From positions 932,727 through 996,726 of the forward strand of contig JAGWFT010000001.1 in the NCBI GenBank assembly GCA_028867755.1: a stretch of 64,000 nucleotides of DNA. The letters are read 5' to 3'. Below, in pieces: positions 11,012-20,312 of the stretch. How positions within the stretch are numbered: the stretch's first letter is position 1; every line of letters begins with the position of its first letter. Under the pieces are notes generated by a model that saw only the letters and a list, made by a program, of their open reading frames with translations, was not told the origin of the DNA and ran no database searches. The position numbers were made by a program, and so were the translations under genes. This DNA is from Nitrososphaerota archaeon. Its GTDB lineage: Archaea > Thermoproteota > Nitrososphaeria > Nitrososphaerales > Nitrosopumilaceae.

Positions 11012-12031
11012 TTACAAACCTATGCTGTTTATTGCTGCACCGGAATTTGCATCAATTACTAGGATTATTTTTTTTCCCTTGTGATCGTATTTTGCAAACC
11101 AGATTGGAACATGTAATATCTCCCCACTTGAAACATCCATCTCGGTTTGCATCTGCTGTATCATGTGATATTTTGAGTGGGCTGCGTCTGACTGTAACTT
11201 GTCTGCTATTGTTTTGGCTTGATTTTTGGCAATGTCCTCATTGATGTCGCCATTTAGAATCTTGACTGATTTTGGAATCTTTTTAGAGTCAAAGTCTACT
11301 CGGCCATCAAGTGCAAACTCATAATCATGAGGCTGGTACATTGTCAATGCCTTGAGTGCAATTACGGGGCAATTGTAATTTGCGTCAATTGTGTATGCTT
11401 TTTTGGTATTTGCAGAACCCATCATTCCTCCGCCGCCTAGCATGCTACCCATGAGCATGCCATCCATCATGCCCATCCCCATTCCTCCTCTTCTTGAACC
11501 AAAACCCCCTCCTCCCATGGCTCCACCCATCACACCAAACAAAGCAGCTGTTGTGGCAATACTTCCAACCTCTGCAGCAATGTCTGTTGCAACAAGATTA
11601 GTTCGCGCAGCAACAGGAATTATCCAATAAGGAATCATGCTCAAGCTAATCTCTTCTAGAGTTGAAGTTTCTTGCAAGTGTCTGTGGAGCAGACCCTTGT
11701 CCATCATCTTTTTCAATCTTGCAGTGATGTCGTCTTTGTCAATTATGGTGATTGGCAACATGGTGTGCCTTTCTACATTTTTCCAACCGGTGTTTTCAAG
11801 AGTAACACTACTGCCGCAATATTCACATGTTATGACCATCTCGCCGAATTTTGGAGATATTGGAGCGCCACAACTTGGGCACTTGATCTCTTTTACTCCC
11901 TGTGATTCATTTGTTGATTGGCTTGCTGATTTCTCAGGCTGTGCCGTCTGGGGCACTTGTTGTTTTGAACCGCATTTTATGCAAAAAGCCGCGTCATCTG
12001 GAAGTTGAGAACCGCATTTTATGCAATACAT
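11012..12031 (-). CDS. Double zinc-ribbon protein, YdjG-like
   Basis: CIKC..CIKC N-terminal ribbon, CPSCGA...CEYCG second ribbon, Gly/Met-rich hydrophobic segment, C-terminal HVPIWFAKYDHKGKKIILVIDANSG. Confidence 0.75.
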   Translation of the reverse strand: MYCIKCGSQLPDDAAFCIKCGSKQQVPQTAQPEKSASQSTNESQGVKEIKCPSCGAPISPKFGEMVITCEYCGSSVTLENTGWKNVERHTMLPITIIDKDDITARLKKMMDKGLLHRHLQETSTLEEISLSMIPYWIIPVAARTNLVATDIAAEVGSIATTAALFGVMGGAMGGGGFGSRRGGMGMGMMDGMLMGSMLGGGGMMGSANTKKAYTIDANYNCPVIALKALTMYQPHDYEFALDGRVDFDSKKIPKSVKILNGDINEDIAKNQAKTIADKLQSDAAHSKYHMIQQMQTEMDVSSGEILHVPIWFAKYDHKGKKIILVIDANSGAAINSIGL

Positions 12032-12040
12032 GTTTTTCTC

Positions 12041-13126
12041 CTAACTTGTCTTCAGTGCCTTGCCGCAGCTGGAGCAGAACTTGGAATCGCTGGCAATATG
12101 GGCCCCACACTGTGGACACAAAATTCCTTCCTGTGGCTTTGGCTGCTGCACCTGTTGCTGGCTTGAACCACAATTTGGACAGAAACTATTGGAGACAGGC
12201 ATCATCATGCTGCACTTGGGACACTGCTTCATTGGGGGCTGGTACATTCCTTGGGACATCTGGCCTGCAAGGGCATATCCTATTCCGCTTCCAGCTCCAA
12301 ATCCTACTCCCAAGCCAACTCCTGCTCCTGCAGTACCTCCTGGGTTCTTGGCAGCATCAGTCATGGCTTGGCCTGCCTGATACTGCATGTAATTTACACC
12401 AAGTACAGACATTTCTGATCTGGTGTCAATTGCCTTTTGAACCTCTTCTGGTAAACTAATTGTAAGTCCTGATATCTTGTTAATCTCAATTCCGTACTGT
12501 CCAAAATTGGACGTTGAGTTGGCAAGTACTACCTGCTCGATGTTCTGAAGATTGGTAGCAAGGTCGGTCACCTTCAGACCATTGTCTTTCATCTTTCCTA
12601 ATGCATTGAATATCAGCAGAGTCATCTGTTCTTTTAGTCTTGATTCTATCTCGTCTGATGTCTTGACTGCAAATGTGCCAACAAACTGATTTACAAAATT
12701 CTCAGGCTGTGCTACTTTCCACCTGAACTCTCCAAAGATTCTCAAATTCACTATGCCAAAAACAGGATCTACAAACTGGTATGGTTGTGTAGAGCCAAAT
12801 TTACCGTCAACATACCTGTTTTGAAGATAATACACTTCTGCAGCTTGCTGTACTCCGGTGAAGAATTTTAACAGGCCTCCAACTATTGGAGCGTTAAAAT
12901 CGGTAAGGGCATATCTGTTTGGTTTGTCAAAATATGTCAGAACCTTTCCGTCTCTGAAAAATACTGCAATCTCGTCTTGTCTTACCACTATGTTATCGTT
13001 TAACCTGATAAGGCGGGGAACCTTCCACATTACGTTTCCCTCTTTGTATTGTGAGTCCCATTCTATTGTGGTGGACCCTACTACGCTACCGCCGCCAAAA
13101 TCTGGATCTTTTTTGTGCCCAAACAT
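12041..13126 (-). CDS. SPFH/band-7-like protein with C-terminal zinc ribbons (YdjI-like)
   Basis: IVVRQDEIAVFFRDGK, AEVYY, GKFGSTQP..DP.FGIVNLRIFGEF, Gly-rich GAGVGLGVGFGAG segment, CPKC..CPNC and CPQC..CSSC. Confidence 0.85.
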   Translation of the reverse strand: MFGHKKDPDFGGGSVVGSTTIEWDSQYKEGNVMWKVPRLIRLNDNIVVRQDEIAVFFRDGKVLTYFDKPNRYALTDFNAPIVGGLLKFFTGVQQAAEVYYLQNRYVDGKFGSTQPYQFVDPVFGIVNLRIFGEFRWKVAQPENFVNQFVGTFAVKTSDEIESRLKEQMTLLIFNALGKMKDNGLKVTDLATNLQNIEQVVLANSTSNFGQYGIEINKISGLTISLPEEVQKAIDTRSEMSVLGVNYMQYQAGQAMTDAAKNPGGTAGAGVGLGVGFGAGSGIGYALAGQMSQGMYQPPMKQCPKCSMMMPVSNSFCPNCGSSQQQVQQPKPQEGILCPQCGAHIASDSKFCSSCGKALKTS

Positions 13127-13171
13127 TTATAGTTCACTTTTTTCCTTTCTTGTTATTATAATTTTCATCAA

Positions 13172-13717
13172 CTATTTTGTCACCAATATGTTTTCAACAG
13201 ATTCCAGCCTTTGTCTCCAAACATGCTTGAAATCTTCTAGCATTGTACTTATCTTGGCCGAAATTGCCTGTGCGGTAATTGTTCCTGCTGTATACCCTGA
13301 AAGCGATTCTGTAACTGTAGAAAATATCTGCTCAGAATTATTTACAAAATTGTAATCATACTCGTATAGTTTGTTTAGTACGTTTTCATCTATCCTTATG
13401 TTTGGCGATATGCCTGCAGAGCCTTGTTGGGCATGAAACACCTCTCCGCCTATTTGTTGCATCTGAGAGATAATACCTCCAATAGCAGTTAGACCGCTAA
13501 AATCCCCCTTGTCAGACATTGCCTTTCTTAGCGTCTCAAGTCTTCCCCTTGATTCCCCAAGTCTGTCAAAGACTTGTTTTCTGAGAAGCTCGTCAGCTGC
13601 TCTAATATCCTCTAGTTTGCGATATTCTTTGAGTGCAGGTATGGCAAGCTGTAACTTTTTGAAAAAGCCACGACTCTCGTTTACTTTGTCTCGAAGATCT
13701 GGATTATTTGTTGACAT
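13172..13717 (-). CDS. All-helical hypothetical protein, first gene of the SPFH operon
   Basis: 181-aa ORF, same strand and 45 bp from the SPFH gene; GFFKKLQLAIPALKEYRKLEDIRAADELLR and LNKLYEYD motifs. Confidence 0.75.
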   Translation of the reverse strand: MSTNNPDLRDKVNESRGFFKKLQLAIPALKEYRKLEDIRAADELLRKQVFDRLGESRGRLETLRKAMSDKGDFSGLTAIGGIISQMQQIGGEVFHAQQGSAGISPNIRIDENVLNKLYEYDYNFVNNSEQIFSTVTESLSGYTAGTITAQAISAKISTMLEDFKHVWRQRLESVENILVTK

Positions 13718-13798
13718 GTATCACACCATATGTAGCGATATCGCTTAAGTATTGCGTAACAAAATTCTTGATATTTTTCAAAATAACAATCACCATAA

Positions 13799-14536
13799 CT
13801 AGACTACAATTATGCCGTTAGAAACAAGCCACTGAATTCCCTTGACAAAGTCTTGATCAGAGATTTGACCGCTTGCCCACCATCTTGCGTTTGTCTTAAT
13901 CCAAGATGGAATCTGAGATGCTCCAGATGTTGCAGATGAATTTGATTGTAAAGGCACTTGCATTATTTTTTGTTGTATCAAGTACTGGATTCCCTTGACA
14001 AAGTCTTGGTCTCCGACTTGACTCTGTGACCACCATTTTGCAGTATTTTTAATCCATGATGGTATTACTATTGTTGAATTGATACCTGTAGTGCCACTAG
14101 AATTTCCTCCTCCAAGATTAACAGTAAATGTTGCAGTCTCAGGTGGTATTGGCTGGAAAAGTATTCCGTCTACTTCAACAACTACTTGGTATGTTGCAGC
14201 GTCAGGAAATTGGCATGGGATGGTAACTGATCCTTCTGCTGTATGCAATATTTGAGTACCACAGATCTGACTACTTCCTTCCATTACTGCTACCTTGTAG
14301 TCTATGTGTTGTTGAATGGCATGAGTTGATTTGTTAACAAAGCTTATCTGAAGATTTGTGTTTCCACCTGGAGTTGGGCTGGCAGGGTCTGTTGCAAAAC
14401 CCACATCAATAGTTCCTCCGCTTGTTGGCTGGATTACCTGATCAGCGTAAGCTGGTATCACAATAATAGAAGCGATTACTAAAAACCCAAAATACATTGA
14501 TAGTTTTCCCTTGGGCCCGAAACCTGTGCCTCCCAT
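13799..14536 (-). CDS. Secreted protein with two C-terminal thaumarchaeal IPxWIKxxAxWW repeats
   Basis: Signal-peptide-like segment; IPSWIKNTAKWWSQSQVGDQDFVKGIQYLI and IPSWIKTNARWWASGQISDQDFVKGIQWLV. Confidence 0.8.
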   Translation of the reverse strand: MGGTGFGPKGKLSMYFGFLVIASIIVIPAYADQVIQPTSGGTIDVGFATDPASPTPGGNTNLQISFVNKSTHAIQQHIDYKVAVMEGSSQICGTQILHTAEGSVTIPCQFPDAATYQVVVEVDGILFQPIPPETATFTVNLGGGNSSGTTGINSTIVIPSWIKNTAKWWSQSQVGDQDFVKGIQYLIQQKIMQVPLQSNSSATSGASQIPSWIKTNARWWASGQISDQDFVKGIQWLVSNGIIVV

Positions 14537-14672
14537 AAGCTATCTTACTGCTGACTATATATAAAAAAACTGTAACAAGGGTAAGCATTCTTTTTAAGTC
14601 TGTGCAAGTGTTTTGGGACTAAAAAGATTCAAAAATTCAAACAACTTTTCTTTATTTGTATTATGATGACAA

Positions 14673-15953
14673 ATGATTGTTAGGAATTTCAAGCAACTAG
14701 CAAGAGACAGCAAGAAAAAATCAGCACTGTCGATAATTGAAGCAGGTTTTGCTGCTGCCATACCAAATGCAGCACTGGGAAAGATCATAAAGAAAAATTT
14801 TCTTCAAGTGGGAAGAAAAAAGATCTTTTTTAAAAAATATGACCGTGTCTATGTAGTTGCCATAGGTAAATCTGCAGATTTGATGACAAAGGTAGCAAAT
14901 TCTTTGACTAGAATTCACAAAGGCATTGTAGTGTTGCCTGATAATGCTTCAACTATTCTAAATGCAAGAAAATTTACTGTGATAAGGTCTAGTCATCCAA
15001 TCCCTACCAAGAAAAGTATTGTAGCTGCAAAAAAGATAATTGATTTTCTTACGATCCCAAAAGAGTCAGATCTGGTTCTCTTTCTGATCTCAGGCGGTGC
15101 TTCATCATTGGTATCTGTGCCTGATGGTGTGTCACTTGAAGACAAGCAGCTTGTAACCAAACTCTTGCTACGATCTGGGGCCAATATACGTGAGGTGAAC
15201 TGCATTAGAAAACATCTTTCAAAAATAAAGGGTGGAAGACTGGTAGAGTCACTTGGATGCAAAGCAATATCCCTTGTAATGTCTGACGTAGTGGGAGACA
15301 ATCTATCTGTAATTGCATCTGGAATCACATATTGTGACAATTCAACTTTTCATGACGCAAAAAAAATCCTATTAAAATACAACTCTAAAAACCGCATCCC
15401 AAAATCAGTCTGGTCGCACATCATTCTTGGAACAAAAGGGCTGATTCCTGAAACTCCAAAAAGACCTATGATTCCTAACTATGTCATACGAACCAACAGG
15501 GATTGTGTCAATACCATGAAGATTCATGCGCAAAAACTTGGATTTGCTACAAAAACAATCCTCTCATTGGAAGGAGATGTAAAAGATGTGGCATCGAAGA
15601 TCTCAAGACATGTTTGCAATTCTCAAAACTTTTGTCTTATTTTCGGAGGTGAGCCTACAGTTACAGTAAAAGGAAAAGGAAAAGGTGGGCGAAACCAAGA
15701 ATTGGTCTTACATCTACTCAAAAAATTAAGAGATCATAAAATGATCGTTGCATCTGTTGGTACAGATGGAATTGATGGAAACACAAATGCTGCAGGCGCA
15801 ATTGCAGATTTTACCATGCCATTAAAACCGATCGACCGATATCTTTGCAAAAATGATTCATATCAATATTTTAAAAAATACGGCGGGTTGATATTCACAG
15901 GACCAACTCGCACTAATCTTATGGATATTGGCATAGCGTTACGAAGAAAGTAA
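14673..15953 (+). CDS. Glycerate 2-kinase (DUF4147/MOFRL family)
   Basis: VVAIGKSA, SHPIP, LISGGASSL, RKHLSKIKGG, SDVVGD..VIASG, GGEPTV..GKGGRNQE, GTDGIDG, GPTRTNLMD. Confidence 0.9.
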   Translation: MIVRNFKQLARDSKKKSALSIIEAGFAAAIPNAALGKIIKKNFLQVGRKKIFFKKYDRVYVVAIGKSADLMTKVANSLTRIHKGIVVLPDNASTILNARKFTVIRSSHPIPTKKSIVAAKKIIDFLTIPKESDLVLFLISGGASSLVSVPDGVSLEDKQLVTKLLLRSGANIREVNCIRKHLSKIKGGRLVESLGCKAISLVMSDVVGDNLSVIASGITYCDNSTFHDAKKILLKYNSKNRIPKSVWSHIILGTKGLIPETPKRPMIPNYVIRTNRDCVNTMKIHAQKLGFATKTILSLEGDVKDVASKISRHVCNSQNFCLIFGGEPTVTVKGKGKGGRNQELVLHLLKKLRDHKMIVASVGTDGIDGNTNAAGAIADFTMPLKPIDRYLCKNDSYQYFKKYGGLIFTGPTRTNLMDIGIALRRK

Positions 15954-16325
15954 TGGTGTCGCCTTGTTTTTCTGTTGCTCGATCAGATGATATCTGATTT
16001 GTAATTCTCGCTGATCTACTAGTTGTTGAATGAATCTGATTTTAGAAGCAATGAGCGGATCATCAGCAATTTTATTTTCTGCAAGATGCTCAAACATGGA
16101 TTTTAGATCAAGCATGACATTTACAGTATCTCCATTTTTTATTACGAATCTACCAATTCCCCAAAAGATTCCTACGTGCAATGCAATGTATTTTGACTGC
16201 TCTGCAGACACCATGTCATAGTAATTTTCTGCATGTGTTCTAGTTTGATCTGTTTTTGTCTCACTGTTCTCAATCGTCCATGAGATCATTTTTGAATTTC
16301 CATCCAAATAAAAAACATGTTCCAT
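15939..16325 (-). CDS. Hypothetical protein, possibly a degenerate RNase H-like fold
   Basis: VFYLDGN, SKYIALH, VMLDLK, NKATPLL spaced like RNase HI motifs. Confidence 0.6.
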   Translation of the reverse strand: MEHVFYLDGNSKMISWTIENSETKTDQTRTHAENYYDMVSAEQSKYIALHVGIFWGIGRFVIKNGDTVNVMLDLKSMFEHLAENKIADDPLIASKIRFIQQLVDQRELQIRYHLIEQQKNKATPLLSS

Positions 16326-16401
16326 ATGTCAATCAAAAAGGTGTTGATTGTCTATATATTTTGAATATACAACTGAATAACAAAAATAAAAATCTGATTT
16401 C

Positions 16402-16608
16402 GTGTTAGAGGCCAATTCATTCTTCACAAACATGGTAGACGAGTTGGTAGAGTTCTCAGAATATGATCCAGAGCTCGCTGAGGGGCTAAAGTGGATCGAT
16501 GGTGAAGCACAAAAACGAGGAATAACTTTCTATGAGATGGTCTTCCATGTTCTGCATAGATATGATACTGATGCACGAGCAAAGGACTGGCTTGCTAATA
16601 GAAACTAG
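16402..16608 (+). CDS. Small hypothetical protein (paralogue of 18196..18429)
   Basis: Shares VD..V...DP...E....D.E....GI[ST]FY[DE]M...VL with the ORF at 18196. Confidence 0.75.
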   Translation: MLEANSFFTNMVDELVEFSEYDPELAEGLKWIDGEAQKRGITFYEMVFHVLHRYDTDARAKDWLANRN

Positions 16609-16653
16609 GTCTCAAGTTATCTGTTAAAGGTATTTTAAAACAGTTTTAAAAAA

Positions 16654-16836
16654 TTAAGACAATGATGAGCAAATATCGCTGAACACATTTGGGTTGTATT
16701 GTCCGGCATACATCTTGATGCTTTTATCGCGCGGAATTATTTTGCAGATTACCTGTGGTATGAAAAAGTCTGCCATAAGGTACACCCCTATGAGCAAGCA
16801 TCCAATCAAAATTATAATTCCAAATGGTACTTTCAT
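16654..16836 (-). CDS. Small single-pass membrane protein
   Basis: MKVPFGIIILIGCLLIGVYLMADFFIP hydrophobic N-terminus; fills intergenic gap. Confidence 0.5.
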   Translation of the reverse strand: MKVPFGIIILIGCLLIGVYLMADFFIPQVICKIIPRDKSIKMYAGQYNPNVFSDICSSLS

Positions 16837-16896
16837 CGCTTGGCAGTGTAGTACTCCCGTATAATAATCATTTAATTGATTTTCTAATTTTATGTA

Positions 16897-18069
16897 TCAG
16901 ATAGATGCAAGTCTTTTTTCAATGGGCACATATTCGCATCCAGAAGGACCGCAATACTTGCCAACATAGACTGCCTTTGGTCTGTAAAGCATTGGTTTTG
17001 GTTGTGCTTCTGCAAATTTTTCTTCAATAACATGTGCAGTCCATCCTGCCACTCTTGAAATTGCAAATATTGGTGTGTTAAGATCCATAGGTATGCCAAG
17101 CATGTAATATGCTGACGCACTGTACAAATCCACGTTTGGAAATATGTCAGACCCCTTTATCTTTTTCATTTCTTCCTCTGTTACATCTTCAACTTTTTTT
17201 GTGATTTTGTACCATGGCTGGCCCGTCTTCTCTGAGAGTCTACGAGAAAGTTCTCGTAATACCTCGGCTCTTGGATCAAATGTCTTGTATACTGCATGGC
17301 CCATTCCCATGACTCTTTCTCCTTTGGCAAGTTTTTCTTTTATCCATGGTTCCACCTTGTCTTCTGTTTGGATGCCAAGAAGCATCTTCATGACTTGAAA
17401 GTTTGCTCCTCCGTGCAGTTCTCCACTGAGCGCACCAATGGCAGCGCTGACTGCTGCGTATATGTGGGCCCGGGTCGAGGCAACTTCTCTTGCAGCAAAG
17501 GTAGATGCGTTAAAACTATGCTCTGCGTGTAAAATCAAGCATATGTCAAAAATTCTGGCAATCTCTGAATCTGGCTCTTTTCCTGTTAGCATGTAAAGAA
17601 AATTTCCTGCATGGTCTAACTTTTTTGAAGGTGGAATGACGTCTTTACCATTTCTTATTCTGTCCCAGTATGCTATGATTATTGGAATTTTTGAAATAAG
17701 ATCTATTGCCCTGTTATAGTTGGTTTCCCTGCTGTCCCCCTTCTCTTTGTCATATGCAGCTAATTCTGATACACGAGACTGTATGACATCCATTGGATTT
17801 GCTGTCTTGGGCAGGTTTTCTAGATTCTTTTCAATATTTTCTGGAACTTCTCTTGCTTCAACCAATCTTTTTGCAAAATCAGCCAAAACATTGTCTGTGG
17901 GAAGGTCATCATTGAGAAGCAGGCAAGCAGTTTCCTCAAAATTAGATTTTTTTACCAGATCTAAAATGTCATATCCTCGATAGATTAGTTTGCCATTGAT
18001 TCCGTCAATTGCACAAATCTTTGTATCTGCAACTTCAATATTGCGAAGACCGATGTTCTTTGTTTCCAC
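16897..18069 (-). CDS. gltA: Citrate synthase
   Basis: GKLIYRGY, LILHAEHSFNASTF, GELHGGAN, MGMGHAVYKTFDPRA, PNVDLYS, FAISRVAGWTAH. Confidence 0.97.
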   Translation of the reverse strand: METKNIGLRNIEVADTKICAIDGINGKLIYRGYDILDLVKKSNFEETACLLLNDDLPTDNVLADFAKRLVEAREVPENIEKNLENLPKTANPMDVIQSRVSELAAYDKEKGDSRETNYNRAIDLISKIPIIIAYWDRIRNGKDVIPPSKKLDHAGNFLYMLTGKEPDSEIARIFDICLILHAEHSFNASTFAAREVASTRAHIYAAVSAAIGALSGELHGGANFQVMKMLLGIQTEDKVEPWIKEKLAKGERVMGMGHAVYKTFDPRAEVLRELSRRLSEKTGQPWYKITKKVEDVTEEEMKKIKGSDIFPNVDLYSASAYYMLGIPMDLNTPIFAISRVAGWTAHVIEEKFAEAQPKPMLYRPKAVYVGKYCGPSGCEYVPIEKRLASI

Positions 18070-18195
18070 TGCTGATAATAATGCAGCAAATGTGTATTAA
18101 ATTATTGCTAAGGGTGAAAAAGGTAAAAAATTAAGCACTTGGTCTAATCTAACAACTCTGGTGCATATAGCAAAATTTTCAATGAATTATATAAA

Positions 18196-18429
18196 ATGGT
18201 TCAATTGGAAGAAGATTTCATCAAATTAGTTGACGGTTTTGTGGTAGAAACTAGAGACCCAAAAATCTTGGAAGAGATATCACAGCTTGATGAGGAATCT
18301 AGATTGCTTGGAATCTCATTTTATGACATGTACTGTGTAGTTTTACAAGATGCAACCAAGCACAAAAAATTGGTCTCAGAATTCAAACACTATATGAATC
18401 TCAAAAAACCCGCAACTTTTGTAGCTTGA
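18196..18429 (+). CDS. Small hypothetical protein (paralogue of 16402..16608)
   Basis: DPKILEEISQLDEESRLLGISFYDM aligns with DPELAEGLKWIDGEAQKRGITFYEM. Confidence 0.7.
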   Translation: MVQLEEDFIKLVDGFVVETRDPKILEEISQLDEESRLLGISFYDMYCVVLQDATKHKKLVSEFKHYMNLKKPATFVA

Positions 18430-18491
18430 ATTAATTATTAGATTTTTATCGGTTTTGATTTAAATGAGGGTGGTTCTGCCTTGTTAGTTCG

Positions 18492-19472
18492 ATGGCAAGA
18501 ACCAAAGTTATCTGTCTTTCTCACAAAGAAGATGCCGATGGAATAGGCGCAGCATCACTTATCAGGCAAGCTTTTGGAGGCGATACTAGACTTGTTGATT
18601 ATCCAGGTCTTATGACAGAGCTTGAACAACTGCGTAACGACGAATCTCTAAAAACGCTATACATATGCGATCTGGGTCTTAGCAAAACCAACCAAGATCA
18701 GTTCATCGAACTTTTACGTAATCTACGAAAGAAACGCGTTGCTATAACCTACATTGACCACCATGATATCGAAGAAGGCATAAAGAAGAAGATCAAGGCT
18801 CTAAAAGTCAAGTTAATTCATACGATAAACGAATGCACTACAGTCCAAGTCTATAACGCATTCAAGTCAAAACTAAACGATCACAGTTCCTTGATTGCGG
18901 CGTGCTCTGCAGTCACTGATTATATGGAAGACAGGCCAATTGGCTCTAAGCTGCTTCAGAGGTTTGACAGGCAATTTGTCTTACTTGAGGCCACTGTTCT
19001 CACATTTACAATTGTCAGCCATCAAAAAGATGGGGATTACCTGCTGTATCTTGTAGACGAAATTAGCCAATTAAAATATCCACACGAAATTCCAAATACT
19101 TTTGAATTTGCGCGCATACAAGCAGAAAGAATCTCAGGCGTCATTCAAAAGGTAAAAGATAACATGAAGAAAATGAAAAACCTGTCCTACATGGAAGTCA
19201 CAGACTCTGGTGCAAGCATGGTAGTCAACTTTGTCTTGGGGTTATCAGGAAAAGATGTTGGGGTGTCATACAAATTTAGAGAAGAAAAAGGAATCTATGC
19301 AGTTTCTATTCGTGGTTCAAAGGCATGCAAAGTACATCTTGGTAGAATAGTAAACCAGTTGGCAACAGATCTTGGAGGATCAGGTGGTGGTCATGACAAG
19401 GCATGTGGTGCAGTCATCCCAAAAGAAAAAATGCCTCTATTTCTAAAAAAATTCAATTCCAAACTTAACTGA
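18492..19472 (+). CDS. DHH/DHHA1 family phosphoesterase
   Basis: HKEDADG, CDLG, YIDHH, VSIRGS, GGSGGGHDKACGA. Confidence 0.9.
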   Translation: MARTKVICLSHKEDADGIGAASLIRQAFGGDTRLVDYPGLMTELEQLRNDESLKTLYICDLGLSKTNQDQFIELLRNLRKKRVAITYIDHHDIEEGIKKKIKALKVKLIHTINECTTVQVYNAFKSKLNDHSSLIAACSAVTDYMEDRPIGSKLLQRFDRQFVLLEATVLTFTIVSHQKDGDYLLYLVDEISQLKYPHEIPNTFEFARIQAERISGVIQKVKDNMKKMKNLSYMEVTDSGASMVVNFVLGLSGKDVGVSYKFREEKGIYAVSIRGSKACKVHLGRIVNQLATDLGGSGGGHDKACGAVIPKEKMPLFLKKFNSKLN

Positions 19473-19920
19473 CTTCGGCTATTGCATCTATCTCAACAGT
19501 AGAGTTCAAAGGAAGACTTGCAACTCCAACCGCAATTCTGGAATGTTTTCCTTTGTCACCGAATATCTCAAACAACAAGTCTGAGGCAGCGTTGATAATT
19601 TTTGGTTGCTCAGTAAAATCGCTGGCGCTGTTTACAAATCCAGACACTCTCACAATTCTGGAAATCTTGTCTAGTGTTCCAAGTTCTGCTCTGAGTTGTG
19701 CCAAGATGTTGATGATGCACAGTTTAGCTGCTTGCTGGGCTGTATCAATTGATACATCTGTAGGAACTTTTCCCTGAAATTCCACTTTGCCATCCCTCAT
19801 TGGAATCTGGCCTGAGACAAACACCAGATTTCCAGTTCTAATTACAGGAATGTACGAGCCTGCCGGCTTTGGCGGTACTGGAAGTGAAATATTCAAAGAA
19901 GCAAGTTTTTCTTCAATCAT
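19465..19920 (-). CDS. RidA/YjgF family protein
   Basis: PKPAGSYIP, LVFVSGQIP, VRVSGFVNS, INAASDLL.EIFGDKGKHSRIAVGVASLP. Confidence 0.9.
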   Translation of the reverse strand: MIEEKLASLNISLPVPPKPAGSYIPVIRTGNLVFVSGQIPMRDGKVEFQGKVPTDVSIDTAQQAAKLCIINILAQLRAELGTLDKISRIVRVSGFVNSASDFTEQPKIINAASDLLFEIFGDKGKHSRIAVGVASLPLNSTVEIDAIAEVS

Positions 19921-19985
19921 GATTTTTGCTTGCCTGATGAATCTTTTAACTTTATGTTCATATACATTGTAAACGGAGCCTAATT

Positions 19986-20222
19986 ATGGAAAAGTCGCAT
20001 GGCAAGAAAATGCAAAAGGACTTGGACATTATGGAATCTAGGCTTAATGCGCTTGATGCCTCGTCATCTGACAAGTATCAAAAATCGCTCATTAGCGTTC
20101 TAAAGGGGATTGTCGAAAACCAAAAACACCTTGTAGATGAGTTTGAGCATTTGAAAAAAGCTATAGATCTGCTTACACTCCATATATTCAAAGTAGAGCA
20201 AAGCTCCAATTCAAGATCGTAA
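19986..20222 (+). CDS. Small coiled-coil hypothetical protein
   Basis: 78-aa heptad-rich ORF in otherwise empty space. Confidence 0.6.
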   Translation: MEKSHGKKMQKDLDIMESRLNALDASSSDKYQKSLISVLKGIVENQKHLVDEFEHLKKAIDLLTLHIFKVEQSSNSRS

Positions 20223-20312
20223 ACTTGTGAGCAGAAATTATGTTATGCTTTAAGACTCGACGAGGCATTTATTAATAAAGATTAAATTCAGCACCTATTT
20301 TTTGGTCAACGA

